NCBI GenBank assembly: GCA_010015805.1
Contig: ML978123.1
Coordinates: 2,170,001-2,234,000 of the forward strand
Direction: 5' to 3'
Source: Rhizodiscina lignyota
Lineage: Eukaryota
Length of the DNA stretch: 64,000 nt
The translations under genes and the position numbers were made by a program. The stretch's first letter is position 1. Each line of letters opens with the position of its first letter. Positions 12,174 to 25,493 of this stretch are shown here, piece after piece. The notes beneath the pieces were generated by a model. That model was given only the letters and a program-made list of their open reading frames with translations, ran no database searches and was not told the origin of the DNA.

Positions 12174-15100
12174 ATGGGAGAAGTCCAACCTAACCTTACG
12201 ATATACCTTGATCAAACATCACTTGGTCATGGATATACAGAACGCCAAGAGGATCCGCCGAACATTGGGAAGGCCATGGAGGAGGTGGCCCTGAAGTATA
12301 ATGCTGTGGCCATAGGTGAAGAGATGAAAAGGACAAACAACGCTGTATGGGCGGCGCCTCGGATGAATGACCTTTTGGTCGTCGAATCGCTCGAGAATGA
12401 CTTCAGACCGACCTTTGTCCTCGACCTTAGCAACAGCGAAGCTGACCTCATTGCGCCTTCTTATTGCAACCCCTCTTTCCTTTCGAACCGTAATCTCCTG
12501 TCGGCCGTCACCGGAGCGCATCGATGTGCGGACTTCATCACATTCCACAAGTGGCTAAGGGGCGAAGCTGGTAGCGCGGTCTTTCCCTTCGAACGCCATA
12601 TCTGGTCTTTGAATACCGTACGAAAAAGATGGAGAATCATCAGTGGTCTGCCTCAGAGCTGCCTTCCTCCAACAGCTCCAGACAACACGTTAGGCAAACG
12701 ATCAACCCATCATGTACAAGACTCTGTAAATTTCGATGGCATACCACTAGCTGTTCAAGAAGTCGATGCGCAAGCCCAGCCACCTGCCGATAGCAGACAA
12801 GTACGGGATGCTGCTGCCTCTCTGAATATTGATTCACGGTCTGGGAACTTGTCGGAGAAGAAGCACTACGACTGCACGTTGCCTGGTTCCATGAAAACAA
12901 CTCGACATACAGAAATAATGTATACCATTGATTGGTCAAAGACATCATTGGGGCATATGGAGAACTGGGATCAGCAACTCCGAACCATGGTAAATGTGGT
13001 CATGGACAATCCGATGCCTGCAATCCTCTATTGTGGCCCTGAGTATATCATGATATATAATGAAGCTTTTGTGCCTCTAATGCACAAGTATCATCCTCAA
13101 GTTTTCGGCACCAGCGCTCCTGTAACTCAGCACGAATACTGGCAATCATTTGCGCCGATCATCCAGTACAATATCAGAACTGGCAAAGCAGTCATGCACA
13201 ACCACCTTCAACTTTTCCTTCGCCGTAATGGGATCCTGGAAGAGACCTACTTCGCTTTCAGCTTTCTACCCATAATTGGAAAAGAAGGGAAGATAATCGC
13301 GCATTACGAAACAATTGTAGAGACAACGAAGGAGGTCATCTCGCAAAGGCGGATGAGCACACTTTTAAACACGGGCCAGCAGACCTCCGTTGTCCGAGAC
13401 CAAGAAACATTCTGGTCAAGGTTGCTCGACACTCTTCATGCGAACAAAAAGGACGTTCCTTTTGCCTTGGTGTACACAGTTCAAGCTGACTCCTGTCGAA
13501 ATTCGCCTGGACCAAACTTTGCTACTCGACGCAGCTCAAGAAAGTGCCTTCTACGAGGCTCCGTTGGAATCCCGGCAAATCATCACGCTGCTTTCAGCTG
13601 CGTGGATTTTGAGCAGAGCGATGAGGGATGGGCACCTTTCTTCCGATCTGTAAGTTATCGGCTAAGAACTGCGCTCGATTCCACACTGCTGACTTTTGCA
13701 GGCGATTACTGCAACTCACCCTGTAGCTTTCCTCCAAGAAGACCATACTGCTCTAACGGAGTTACTTCGTGGAACTGAATGTCCAGACTTTGGCGTTTCT
13801 TGCTCTTCTGTCGTCATTTCTCCTATAACACCTACGGCCCATGATAACATCCTGGCATTCGTCATCATGGGGCTTAATCCACGAACACCTTACAACGAAG
13901 GCTATCAAAAATTCATTCATGTTGCGAGTAGGCTCATAGAGACATCTCTTGCATCGGTGGTCCTTCTTGAAGAAGAGGTTCAAGTCCGAGAACGCATGGC
14001 CAGACAAGCTGCAGAGATTCAAGCAAAATTGGCAGCGGAGCTGAAGATCAGTCACCAAGAGATTGTGCGTAAAGAACGGAAATTCGAGAGATTCGCTGAG
14101 AGGGCAAATGTGGGAATCTTCATTCTGGATATGACTGGTCAATACACGTATCGGAACCCGGCTTGGTTCGACATCTTTCAGCCTGCAGCAGAAGACTTTG
14201 ACGGTAGGGACGCATGGCTCAAGCTTGTTGATCCTGAAGATGCCGCCAGGTGCCAGGCGATATTTGGGCAGCTTTACGAGAAGAAGGAGAATATCGAGTT
14301 TGAGCTTCGTTTGAGAAGGCCATGGGATGCTCCTCGAGAACTCCAGGATCCGGCTTTTACCTCCGAGTCTAGAACCTGGGTTCTGTGTTCTGCATATCCA
14401 GAGATCAACGAAAACGGAGATGTATCCGAGGTTGTGGGATGCGTGACGGATGTGTCCAGGCAGAAGTTTGGAGAAGGCATGCAGAAACAGCGAGCAGCCA
14501 ACGCACTGGAATCGAAGAGGCGGCTTGAGAATTTCATCGATACGACGAGTCACGAAATGCGCAACCCACTCACGGCAATCATCCAGTGCGCAGACGACAT
14601 CATTCGATCCTACAATAACCTTCTCGGATCAAGCGAGGGTAATGCAGTCACAGTCACATATGATCTTCTGGAGACTTCGTTGGACGCCGCCCAGACCATC
14701 ATCCAATGCGCTCAGCATCAGAAAAGAATCGTCGACGATATTTTAACAATGTCTAAACTTGACTCAGATCTTCTCACAATCACTCCGGTACAGATACAGC
14801 CCAAAGAATTAGCTGCACGAGCTGTCAAAATGTTGGCCCCTGAAGCGCGCTCTGCAGATGTGAGCATGCACTTCGCAGTTGAAGAGTCTTATTGGGCGCT
14901 CGCAGTCGACTGGGTTCTTCTGGATCCTACGCGCATCCTCCAAGTATTAATCAACCTTATCACAAACGCCATCAAGTTCACTCGTCTCGAAGAGCGTCGA
15001 GAAATTATCGTTAGCGTTGGCGCCTCGTTGCTGGAGCAGCCTACTAGTTCCCATGGCGTGACTTATGTTCGCGGTGCGAAGCAAGACTCTCCATCCGAAG

Positions 15101-16051
15101 AGAAGGACGTTAGTCCGTTGGAGAGAAAAGACTACATATTCGTTCACTTCACCGTCCAAGATACAGGTCGCGGTCTGTCCGAAAATGAGAAAAACCTCAT
15201 CTTCCTGCGCTTTTCACAAGCTTCACCACGCACCCACATCAACTATGGCGGCAGCGGTCTCGGTCTCTTCATCTCTCGCCGTCTCGTCGAGATACAAGGT
15301 GGCGCCATCGGATTTGCCTCGGAGCGAAAGGCTGGCAGCACGTTCTCCTTCTACGTTAAAGCATCGCGAGTTTCGCTCGAAGGAGGTTCACCGACCAGTC
15401 CGGGCAAACTACTACGTCAATCGTCCTCTAAAGAATCTCCATTCGCACTGCTCAGGCACATACGCACTTCATCAGCGCCCGAGGTCCAATCCGTAGTCGT
15501 CAGCCCCGCAACGTCTCCATCACCCACCTCGATGCCAACGCCATCAATAGAGACACCAGGCCCACTATACATCCTCATAGTAGAGGATAATCTCGTCAAC
15601 CAACGCGTCCTCGCCAAGCAGTTAAAAGGTCTGGGTTGCAAAATTGCCGTTGCAAACCATGGTGCCGAGGCGCTGTCATATCTCCAGACCACCAAGTTCT
15701 GGAGCGCAACTAGTGAAGACTCCGGTCAACCGCTGAGCATGGTCCTCATGGACTGGGAAATGCCTGTTATGGATGGCTTAACGTGTGTCAAGGAGATTCG
15801 GAAGTTGGAGACGGAGCGCAAATTCAGAGCACACGTGCCGGTCATAGGTGTGACGGCCAACGCACGCCCGGAGCAGTTGGATCAGGCCATGGCCGCCGGC
15901 ATGGTAAGTCCTTTCTGACAATGGAATATGATGTTGAAGAGTTGACATGTGCTCGTCTGAACAGGATGATGTTGTGACGAAGCCCTTCCGGGTACCTGAC
16001 GTCGTAACACGCATGAAATCCATAATCGACCGTCTGAAGAAAACAAAGTGA
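12174..16051 (+). CDS. Hybrid sensor histidine kinase (PAS-like, HisKA, HATPase_c, receiver); exons 12174-13649, 13701-15903, 15965-16051
   Basis: H box DTTSHEMRNPL, N box QVLINLITNAIKF, G1 VQDTGRG, F box FLRFSQAS, G2 YGGSGLGLFIS, receiver LIVEDNLVNQ...VLMDWEMPVMDG...VVTKPF; 'IDWSKTSLGHMENWDQQLRTMVN' PAS-like region; canonical GTAAGT introns. Start codon uncertain (ORF open from 12045). Confidence 0.92.
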
Positions 16052-16704
16052 GAGAGCGCACCTTTCCAGGACCAAGATAAAGATACCCCTTCGAATAGTC
16101 TCGTTCGCTTTATGACATTGCTGAGATCCTTGTTCGGCACAAAGCCTGTTTATTGTGCACTTCTGAGTAGTTGAGACACAGCGACGGAACTGTGCCTACG
16201 AGTGTTGATACAGCGTGCGATATCGGTCTATGGATTATAGCAGGGCTGCTGCGAATCGGGACTGGGTCCAGTTAGGACAACCAAGTCCACCTGACAGCAC
16301 GGAGAGCGCAGAAGAGACCTGGGGGAGGTAATGAAGCGCCGTAAACTCCAAGTTGGATGAGAACGTGAACACAACACTATTATGACCACGGTATATGACT
16401 CACGACAACCGCGATCTACTAGGGTCCGTACATAGAAACGTAGAAACGAATGATAGGACATTGAGAAGCTCACGGGCCTCGGAGTAAATTCTACAAACGC
16501 CTTTCACTCAAAGGCGAAACATCCACCGTCCCCCTCATTCCACGTCACAGAGTTTCATCGTTTCGTCCAATTACTAATAACCCAGTCCCACCCCGTCCTA
16601 CACTCTATGTGCAATACCCGTTCTAGCTCACGACTCGTACAGAACTAGCAATACTAGTGCAACACCAATCTCAATCCCCTATAACATCACTTGTGGCAGC
16701 GCTT

Positions 16705-19544
16705 TTATCCCTTCAGGCCACCCTCTCCGCCCTTAGTCAAGCGATACCCAAAACTAATCGCCATTGAGATCAACAACCCAAGACACAGAATCGTCGGGCC
16801 AAACCGGTCATGATATCTCACTGCGCGGCGGCCCTTGATCATCTGCACGCGCCAGACGTATATCCCCAAGCTGTACAGCAGCGCCAGGTCTGCGACGATG
16901 GTGAAAGCCCAGGCAGATGCAAGGCTGACATCGTCGCCAAAGTTGAGTAGCGCTGCAGCGATGGAACCGATGATGATGCTGAACTCGAGCCAGGAGAGGA
17001 AGGTACGCTCGGCAGCAAAGTGGACTTTGGGTTCGACGCGGACGGGGACATGGATACCTGTTAGACGCGTTGATGTTAGCTCCTAGTGCCGTGAGAGCTG
17101 CAAGAGGGATATTTGACGTACGTTTCCCCTTCGGCGCCTTGAACCTTCTACCTTCAGTCATGTTCTTCGGCACGCCCATGCCCGGATCGTCGTTCGGCAC
17201 ACCACTCGGCTTCGGCGTGGGCGCTGCGTGCTTCAATCCGCTGAGCAACCACTCCCCGGCGCGCTTCATCTTAGTTTTCGTCAAGACCACTGCGTAAGTC
17301 CAGCCGCCAATACGCTTGGCTTCTTCGAGATCGTCTTCCTCATCTTCGGAATCGTAAAGAGGGTATGCCTCGTCTGTGCCATCTGCGGCGATACGCTCTT
17401 CGACATCTAGCTGGTTGCCCGCAGCTTGCGTTGCAGGGCGCTGACCATCGGCCTGGCCGTCAGTCACGGTACCGTAGTCTCTCAGCTGGTCCTCCTCATG
17501 CTGCTCCATTGCGTCTCGTGCCTCTCGTAATCGCCGCAGGTTTTCGTTGTCCTCCTCCGGCTCGTCACTTGGAGGTTGCAGGTGAGCAACTTCCTCATCG
17601 TCGGTGTCTTCGTCCAGATTCGTTGTCGATGGATCCGTACTTTGTCCTGGCCGTTCGATGCCAAAGCGGTGGGTCACTGGCTTCCGAATATCAACGTCCA
17701 TCTGAGGCATCCAGAAGGGCAGCAGGTCGATACGATCCGGGTTCAGCGTCGCAGTTCCGTGAATGAACTTGGAAAACTTCGGGACGGCTTCAACGAGGTG
17801 GCTGCCGGTGAGCTCGCGGATCCATTCAGGAGGCTGCTGTCCAGCCTGTGTTTGCAATTTCACCTCGAGTACCGCGTATGGGAATCGATCGACATCCTCA
17901 GGTGGTAGTTGGCTGAACGGATAATCGATTCCAATGTTCATCCGTCGCCAGTTCTTCCCAGCTCGTTGACGTCCGTCAAGGTTATCTTCGCGCACCATCG
18001 TGAGCTCCGTGTCGAGAGATATACGGACGCGTGCATCGCCGGGTAGTTGGAAGGCGGTACGGTGGTAGAATGATCTGGTTACCGGCACCAAATGTCTTGT
18101 GATGACTCGATACTGGATCTCCTTTGCCAATTGTGCTAGGTCATTGATTTCCTTCTCACTCTTCTTCCCATCCTTCCGCATCTTCTCGAAAATTTGATCG
18201 ACCGTCAACTTTCCTGACATGTAGTCGTTCACATTCTTCTCCTTCAACGAAAAGCGCGCCTTGACCGATTTCTCGCCAGTCCAATCTTCCCGGTGAGTCT
18301 TGCGCTCGACGAAAATAGTATCAGTGTCCATGTCGCCGTACCAACGGAGTCGAATGGCTTCTGCACCTTCGGTCTTCTTAAGACGTCCAGTATAGAGCTC
18401 CCATGTGTCGGTATTGTCGTAGTAGATAGAAGAGATGGCAGTGTCTCTTATCTCGAATTCTTTGCTGGGGTTGAAGACCAAGACGGGAAGATGCTACGAG
18501 GCGTTAAGAGTCTTTCCACAGCACCTTTGAATGATGAGACAAACCTTTAAGATGATGAGTTTGAGCTCCGTGATGTTATCTGGGTGCACCCAGTACTTCG
18601 TCGTATTCCTCACAAAGTTCTGCTGCTTCTCTCCAGCCGCAGAATCGCCCTTTGTCGGGTTACCTCTTGTTCGCACCAAGTCATACAAGTTCGATAGCTT
18701 GACGACAAAAGAATCGTAGTTGTCTTTAAAGAATGGCTTTGCACGTAGTCGAGCGGCAAAAACGGGCTTGAGGTGCCAATTTGTTTCTTTCTGTCCGCTG
18801 GTCAGCCTTGCACACCCCAGCATTATCCCAGACTCTCTCCTCAGTAGCCACAGACGGGCATGATGAACGTACGTCATGCTTCTTGATAATCTTTTGGAAT
18901 CCAGTATAGTTCAACTGCGTGAACTTCGCCAAGTCATGCACATCCGCAATGACATCGCTCAAGTCTTCCTCCAACAGCATGAAATCTTCTTCCAGCGCCT
19001 CCGCCCCTGGCCCTCCCTCTTGTCCCGTCCTCGCCTGCTCGGCCTCAAGCTGTGTATGCCTCTGCACCACATCGTTCACCTCCCTTTCACTCGACTTGAT
19101 CCGTCGTACGATCTCCTGCGACTTGACCTTCTGGAAGGTGAAGACCTTGTCGAGCTCCGTCTCGAGCTGGCGGACGAAGCGTTCCTCGTCTTCGTTCGTC
19201 CATGGCTTGCGTTTCGGCTTCTTGTTAGTTGCAGTTGGCTGGGTAACGTATGCGGTCTTGAGGGAGTTCTTGAGTTCGTCGTAGTCGATGTAGTGGTAGT
19301 ACCAGTCTTTGATAAGAGAGCTGCGGAGCTGTTGGCCGAATCTGTGTGGTTGTGAGTGCTTGATGAGCTAACTGAACATGCAATTGACTGCGGTTGAGGT
19401 CTGGAGAAGTGCAATTGGAGCTTCAATTGCAATGGCAGAGTCTGATGTAGCTTGTAAGAGCTGCTGGAGGCAAGCGGGGTAGAGCAGCAAGAGCCAGCTG
19501 CAGCTCCTCGACGAGGATTGCTAGTTAGGCTAAACTTACCTCAT
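16705..19544 (-). CDS. VTC4: Vacuolar transporter chaperone 4 (polyphosphate polymerase; SPX-VTC-DUF202), multi-exon
   Basis: 5-nt first coding exon ATGAG (19544-19540), intron 19539-19342, gives [26 protein letters not shown] (SPX); [75 protein letters not shown]-terminal [20 protein letters not shown] with TM helices; stop TAA 16707-16705. Confidence 0.95.
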
Positions 19545-20308
19545 GACTAGCTGTCTGCTCCTCCTTGGAGCTCAATTGTTGCCTGAAATCGAATTGAAGA
19601 TGTAGCAAGAGAAGACTGTGGAAGCAATGGGACTGACGGAGAGAAGCAGATGAAATGAGGTAATGAAAAGCTTGACTGCTCAAGAGGGCACATGGAGCAT
19701 CGCCGTGGGAGTGCAGCAACGGCAGGCCACTTGCTGCAGAGTGGGGCGAGCCAATGAGAAGGCGTATATTGAGCACGTTTTCGTGGGCGGGAGAGGCCTC
19801 GCTTGATGGAATGGAACGTGTAGAGTCGATTCTGGGAGTAAACTGCACAATTGAAGTGGCATTTTCAATATAAAACTGCTGAGAAGCATCAGACGACTCT
19901 CATGCTGCACACAGGCTGAAGGAGGCCCGAGGGCAGGCACGAATGGCAGGCAGTCTCTTGCAATGCACAGGGTGTCAACAATTGTCCTACATACGCTAAC
20001 CACTTCCGACTGTACAGCAATCCTCCCACAATCACGGATGACTCCTATGGCATGGTGCACTTCCTGCTACTCTGTAATTTGAGGGAAATCGCATTGACGC
20101 CACAGGATGCTCCAAAAGCAACAACAATGCTCCTGAAATTATCAAACGTATATCCCACAGCGCTGCTTTGACATACCGCCAGGACACCTTTGGAATCATT
20201 ATTGACCGTTCCTGCCACCAGATGGCACAACATTTTAACGCCATACCTATATCAGACAGACATTACGAATCTTTCCGCGGCAATTGGTCGTGAACTAGAT
20301 CAGAGTAT

Positions 20309-21113
20309 TCAAACAGCCGTGCCAGGCACTGGCGGTGGAGCTTGCGGAGTCGGAGAGGTGTACGGCGATCGGTTTGAGGCAGCAGACGGCGAAGACGCAG
20401 GTAAGGATTTCATGCTGCTCTTGATTAGCACATGTGCGGTACAACGACCCTTTTGAGTACTCACCTCTTCGATTTACGAAGCTCCTTCTTCCCAAACCAC
20501 TTCAGCAGTCCACCTTTTGATGAGGATTGCTTCTGCGACTCCAGTTAGATCCACACGCCCTTCCAATTGAATTATAACAAAGGCTTACCTGGTCGTCACC
20601 ATCTCTGCTCCCGCTACCGTGGCTACCATTCATTGTACCATTACTTCCCGCCGCTCCGCTGGCCATTCCATTCTCCAACAGACTTACAGTGGGCGGCGCC
20701 CACCTTTCTGTATCTCCACAGACCACCACAAACCACGCGACCTTCTCGCCCGGTGCAATCGCATCTCGAAGCTCCATGATCGCATTCCAACCCTCATTGC
20801 TCACGCCCTTTCCCCTCACTTCATCCACGTCCACACCCAATTTTACCTCGTGGGCGACGTCACATACGTAGGCATAGGGCTGCGATTTGGACTCTGCGCG
20901 TTCGTCCATCGGGTCATACTGCTCGATGAAGGCCAGACCCTGGAGCTGAGGCATTATGGCGGGGTATAGAGTTTTGAAGTTGGAGAGAAGCGTTGCCGTT
21001 GTTGCGGGCGCCATGAGCCATTCTGCTGCTGCATCGTCGAGATTTTGGAGGATGATGTGGATTCGGATGAGAGGACGCGGCCAGCGGAAGCCGTGGCATA
21101 CGTAGGTTGGCAT
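20309..21113 (-). CDS. Conserved fungal hypothetical protein (MPTYxCHGFRW family), 3 exons
   Basis: MPTYVCHGFRWPRPLIRIHIILQNLDDAAAEW...FIEQYDP...SQPYAYVCD...WFVVVCGDTER; donors GTAAGC (20588) and GTGAGT with branch/AG signals lead to stop TGA 20311-20309. Confidence 0.75.
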
Positions 21114-22305
21114 TGTCGAAACGTCGCGCGTGGTTTGCGATCAGGAGTCGCGGCGCGGACTTGGAGGAGAGGAAGACAAAGGTGTCCCGTGACGAAACGC
21201 GCGTGAGAAACCCGCCGATTACCGTGAACCAGCGGGCCTCAGGATCCGTGAAGAAGTCAATGGACGATTTGCGCGAAGGATGACGACCACGCGTTGAATG
21301 CGAATATCTCCGCGTCGTCAGGCACACTGACCAGTGTGAGGATTCAAATCTGCTCTTCGTGCAACCACTTTCGAAGCTGTCGTTGAGAGTGCTGATTATG
21401 ATATCTGCACAAAATACAACTGTTAAGCGAGTGACTGGAGTTGGGGCCGTGTGAGACGGGCGTGAGGCTGTCAGTGGAGGAAAGATGGGCTGCCACGCGG
21501 GATCGAAAGCTAGAAGCTTTTTAGCTTCGCCGTTTGGCCGGAAGAGGAAGCGTCAGAAGCAGTCTCGACTTTTCGTCGTGTGGCTGAAGCGTCCGAATCC
21601 TCGTTTGTGCAGCTTGCAGCTTGTGCAGAGGCGTCCAATATCGTGGCTTGCGGGGAGACGGCGGAGCCAGAGCGCTCGGCAAATCCTACGCAGCGATGTG
21701 TCTCAGTTCAGCGTGCTCAATGGTTTGTGCCGCGCTTCTTCTCTGTGCACTATTTGAGAGGCGTTTCCGAGGGTCTCTAGGAGCACAATTGCTTCGGCAG
21801 GCTCAACGGTGAGCGGTTACGGAGTAGACGTGTCGCTGATCGCTCACACGAGACAAGCGGTTGCCCGTACGTCTGTCATCTTTACCCGATCCCGGGGAGG
21901 CTCGAATGAGGATTGGCGGTGGCTCACGGGGATTTCGAGAGGCACCGGTACGCTAAAATCCGTACCTGCAGCAGACGTCGGGACGCGCTAGGAGAAAAGG
22001 ATCTGATCGGGTCCATGCAAAAGGAGAGTGCTTTTGCGCAAAGGATGAAGTCTGCGTCTGGCATCTTCCGTTGGCCACTTTGTTTCGCCTCTTGCTTTGC
22101 AACGTTCTGATTGGCGCAAACGCGCGTTGGAGCAAACCTTCTGCCGGAGATTTGCCGACCCCGGGCCCACAATATTTAAGCTTCTTTCCTTAGCTCCAGC
22201 CCTAGAACGAACACCAACCAACGACATCATCGCGCTGCACCACAGCATCCTTGACAACTGGTGCCATCCTGATCGTGCGCAAAGCGAGATGAAGCGTCGT
22301 TCAAC

Positions 22306-23070
22306 ATGCCTCTGTAAGTTTCCGATCTCACCCTTCACCATCGCCTGGGAATTTGATGCATTGTTAGGCACCTCCTAGGCAAGAAGAAGTGGGACGTCTA
22401 CCGCCCAGAAAACAAGGAGCGCGTCCGACGCGATGAGGAAGCCGCCGAAGCGCGCAAGAAGGAGGTCGAGAAGCGCCAGCGCGACTACGAATCCGCGCGA
22501 CGCATAGCAAAGCTCAGCGGCGAGCGGTCCCCAACACCCCCACCACCGGTCGAGGACGAGCGCACACACCAGAGTCGAGACTCCACATCACACGGCCGAG
22601 ACCACAAGCGCCGCAGGCGCATGCGCGGAGAGGATGACACGGACAGGGACATCAGATACGCCAGAGAGGAGGCAGAGGCTGCTGCCAGCGCGCGTGAAGC
22701 TGCACATGCGAGGCCGAAACCGTCGAGCAGTGCGCCCTTGTTCGACCGGGAGGGACACATAGACTTGTTCCCAGAGGCATCCCGCGCGGTGCGACGAGCG
22801 GAGAGGAGTGACGAGAGAGATGCTGGCAGGAAGAGGAAGGAGCGGCCGTGGTACGCCGAGGAGAGGAGGGAGGAGAGGAAGGAGAGGAAGGAGGAGAGGA
22901 AGGAGCGCAAGCGGAAGAGGCGAGAGGAGAGGCCGCGGCAGGCGGAGGAGGAGCTGCAGTGGACGGAGGCGGACCAGAAGAGGTGGGAGGCGACCTGCTT
23001 CAAGGGGATCGCCAGAGATCCTCTGGAGGACATCATCAAGGGCACAGCCCACTTCAATAAGAAGAAGTAG
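22306..23070 (+). CDS. CIR N-terminal domain protein (LENG1/Cwf25-like, probable splicing-associated); exons 22306-22313, 22368-23070
   Basis: 8-nt first exon ATGCCTCT + intron 22314-22367 (GTAAGT...TAG) gives MPLHLLGKKKWDVYRPENKERVRRDEE, the CIR_N signature; later 'GHIDLFP' motif and E/R/K-rich tract; same frame as ORF 22621-23070. Confidence 0.8.
22858..22932 (+). repeat. Purine-rich degenerate GAGGAGAGGAAG repeat encoding EERREERKERKEERKERK
   Basis: Directly visible low-complexity G/A tract inside the CIR_N CDS. Confidence 0.7.
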
Positions 23071-23911
23071 GGACAGTAAAGCTGCCTTTCAATACGACCG
23101 AATACATTTCATTACAAGCTTTCAGATACAGTGCAATCGGCTCAATGTGCAAAAGTGACTTGGCGTGTTTCCGCCCAGACCTTGTTATAGCTTGAGATGT
23201 ATAGGAACCAACCCTAACAGTACAGAAATTTATCCCGTAAGTGCACCAGTGTCGAGGAAGGTGTTCGTCCAATTGGAACGTGCTGTAATAAACAGTTTAT
23301 ATATTACATAAGCCAGGGCCTTGCCTGCTCCCTTAGTAGTCAACTTGCGTATCTTCGTAATTTATGTTCAATACGTCTTGTCATCAAAGCCGTGTAGGTT
23401 GCACTATCCTAGCAATAAGGGAATTCGTTCGATGATCTCACCTAGGCTGGACAAGCATTTCTTTCAAGTGAGCCGGTCTGTAAATTAAGCTTCAATTACT
23501 GAATGCCTCTATTCGGCGGTAGCACGACTTGGAGAGAAGCCATTGAAATGTATGGCCTACTCACTAGGGAAGCGAGGCGAGACAACCTTCGAAATGTAGA
23601 TTTTAAAAATCCATCCACTTTAAGGAGCAAATGCTCCGAAGAAAACCCCTCCCAAGTCAAATGCAGAAGGAGAGTCTTCTACGCGTTGAACTGACCAATT
23701 TCAGCTAGTTCACTTGCCAAATGCCTCTCCTCCAGGGTAGCACGACTTAGCTTAAAGTTGGCATACGTGAAACCTAGAGCCATCTCTTCACGATAGATAC
23801 GAACAGTAGAGGAACAAAGACGTGATGACGTGAGACATTTTGGACTCCAGGCCAAAGCACTGTACATAAACCCGCGCTCTATACATACAAATACCACAAA
23901 AGTGAAAACCC

Positions 23912-25493
23912 TTAAGCTTTTTGGACCTTCTTCCCAATGCTGACATCCAGACTCCCAATAAACCACGCAGCGGTAAAGACAGCAAAGGCGGCAACTGATA
24001 TTGTAATGGGCTTGCGGTATGCAGAACCCCATGCGTAGTCGTACGTGACGATGAGCTCCGTGTCGCGCAATTCATCGACGAGGTTGAGCGCTGTGAGGGA
24101 AAGGGTAGGTCGACCGAGTGTGTCCATGAAAGTACGATGGATGGAAGTGTCGTTGCCGACGAGTGGGACGGTGGTATCGAACTTAATGTTCCTGGTGCTT
24201 TTGTTAGCATGCTGTCTGTGAGCTGCGGCGAGTATACATACCTTGACCCTTCGGGGAGGATGACGCGCAGCTCGACACGCTCATATTCCAAGCCCTCCGC
24301 CAACTTTGGCCCTTCCAGGAATGGCACCTTCAAAACGTACCCATCTCCGCTCGTCGATTTCCTCAGGAAGTTGGCCGCATCGCCATTCCAGCCGATCTTG
24401 AAGCTGTAATTCCACTTTCCGAACAACGGGTACCTGGGCTTAAGCCAAAGCTCTGCCTCCCTGCTGTTACTTCTGAACCTGCTCGTGCTCACGTTGCCAA
24501 TGTCGTCAGTGAAGTACGCATCCGCCGAACCGGGCCGGAGCGGGATTCTCATGTCCTTCAGCGCTGTCGTCGGAGGGTTCGCATATTGCGCCATCTGCCA
24601 CTTGACACGAGAGAAGTGGTCCTGCAATCCAGCGGCGCGGTTTGAAAGCCAGAACCTGTCCTCGAATGCAACATTACCACCCCAATGCGAAACTTCAATG
24701 TCCCGCTCAAGCAAACTAGCGTGCGTAAGGGGGAAGGTGAACTCGTAGCGTACGCTGATTGGCTCCTCTGCGCCAGCTGGCACGTCTTTATATGGACCGT
24801 ATGTGAGCTTCCTTGCCGACTTGGAGGGCTCCACGGAATCAGGCAGGACAGTATAATCAGTAATACGTGAAGAAGGGAAGGTGATGATGGTTGACTGCGT
24901 GATGACAGGGTAGGAGGACGGCGCGTAAGCGGAGAGGGTGTGCTGGACGTGCTGAGAGGACATTTGTTCAATAAGCTCGGGGAGTGGCCGTAAAGCGGAC
25001 AAGATGTGGTATTTCACAACCAATGTCTTCTCTGCCTTCGGCGCAAGAGGCTCGCGGAGGGTGATTTTGTAGAACTCGGTGGAGCTGGTAGAGAACCAGT
25101 TAGCATTGGAATAAACAAAATGAGCCATTGAGCTGCTCACCTTTCAGTGTCATATTCAACAACATCTGTCTCGTAAAGCTTGCTCTTGATCCCCTTCTCA
25201 TATGCCTGGAACCCGCCAATTCTTGAAATCACGTCCGACTCGAAAGGTATATATAATTCTGTCTGCGGCTCCTTGTCCACATTCTTGACTGTGGCCTCCC
25301 ACGTCTGCTTGGGATAGACTTTCTCCAAATTGACATGTCGCTCAAGTTTCGATATGCTGAATACCTGCGGGGGCTTGAAATTGGCAGGAAGAATCTGTTT
25401 GGAGCTCAACGGCTTCGTCAAGTTGGAATCTGCGGCTGCGATGCTGTTGAAAAGAGCTGCGATGCAGCTGAGGCCGAAGAAGAACGACTTCAT
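23912..25493 (-). CDS. OST1: Oligosaccharyltransferase alpha subunit (ribophorin I), 3 exons
   Basis: Signal peptide; LTYGPY, VRYEFT, LERDIEVSHWGGNVAFE, YFTDDIGNVSTSRFR, LKPRYPLFGKWNYSFKIGW, VILPEGS, TFMDTLGRPTL, C-terminal TM 'RKPITISVAAFAVFTAAWFIG'; introns near 25140-25087 and 24240-24194. Confidence 0.95.

Noticed and set aside
13762..14553. 263-aa antisense ORF in the histidine kinase, and similar antisense ORFs over the CIR_N, mucin-like and THI4 genes
   Set aside because: Shadow ORFs explained by codon bias and low complexity on the coding strand.
23209..23218. CAACCCTAAC telomerase-template-like or telomeric motif
   Set aside because: Single copy in a short AT-rich 3' region between convergent genes, with no visible structured context.
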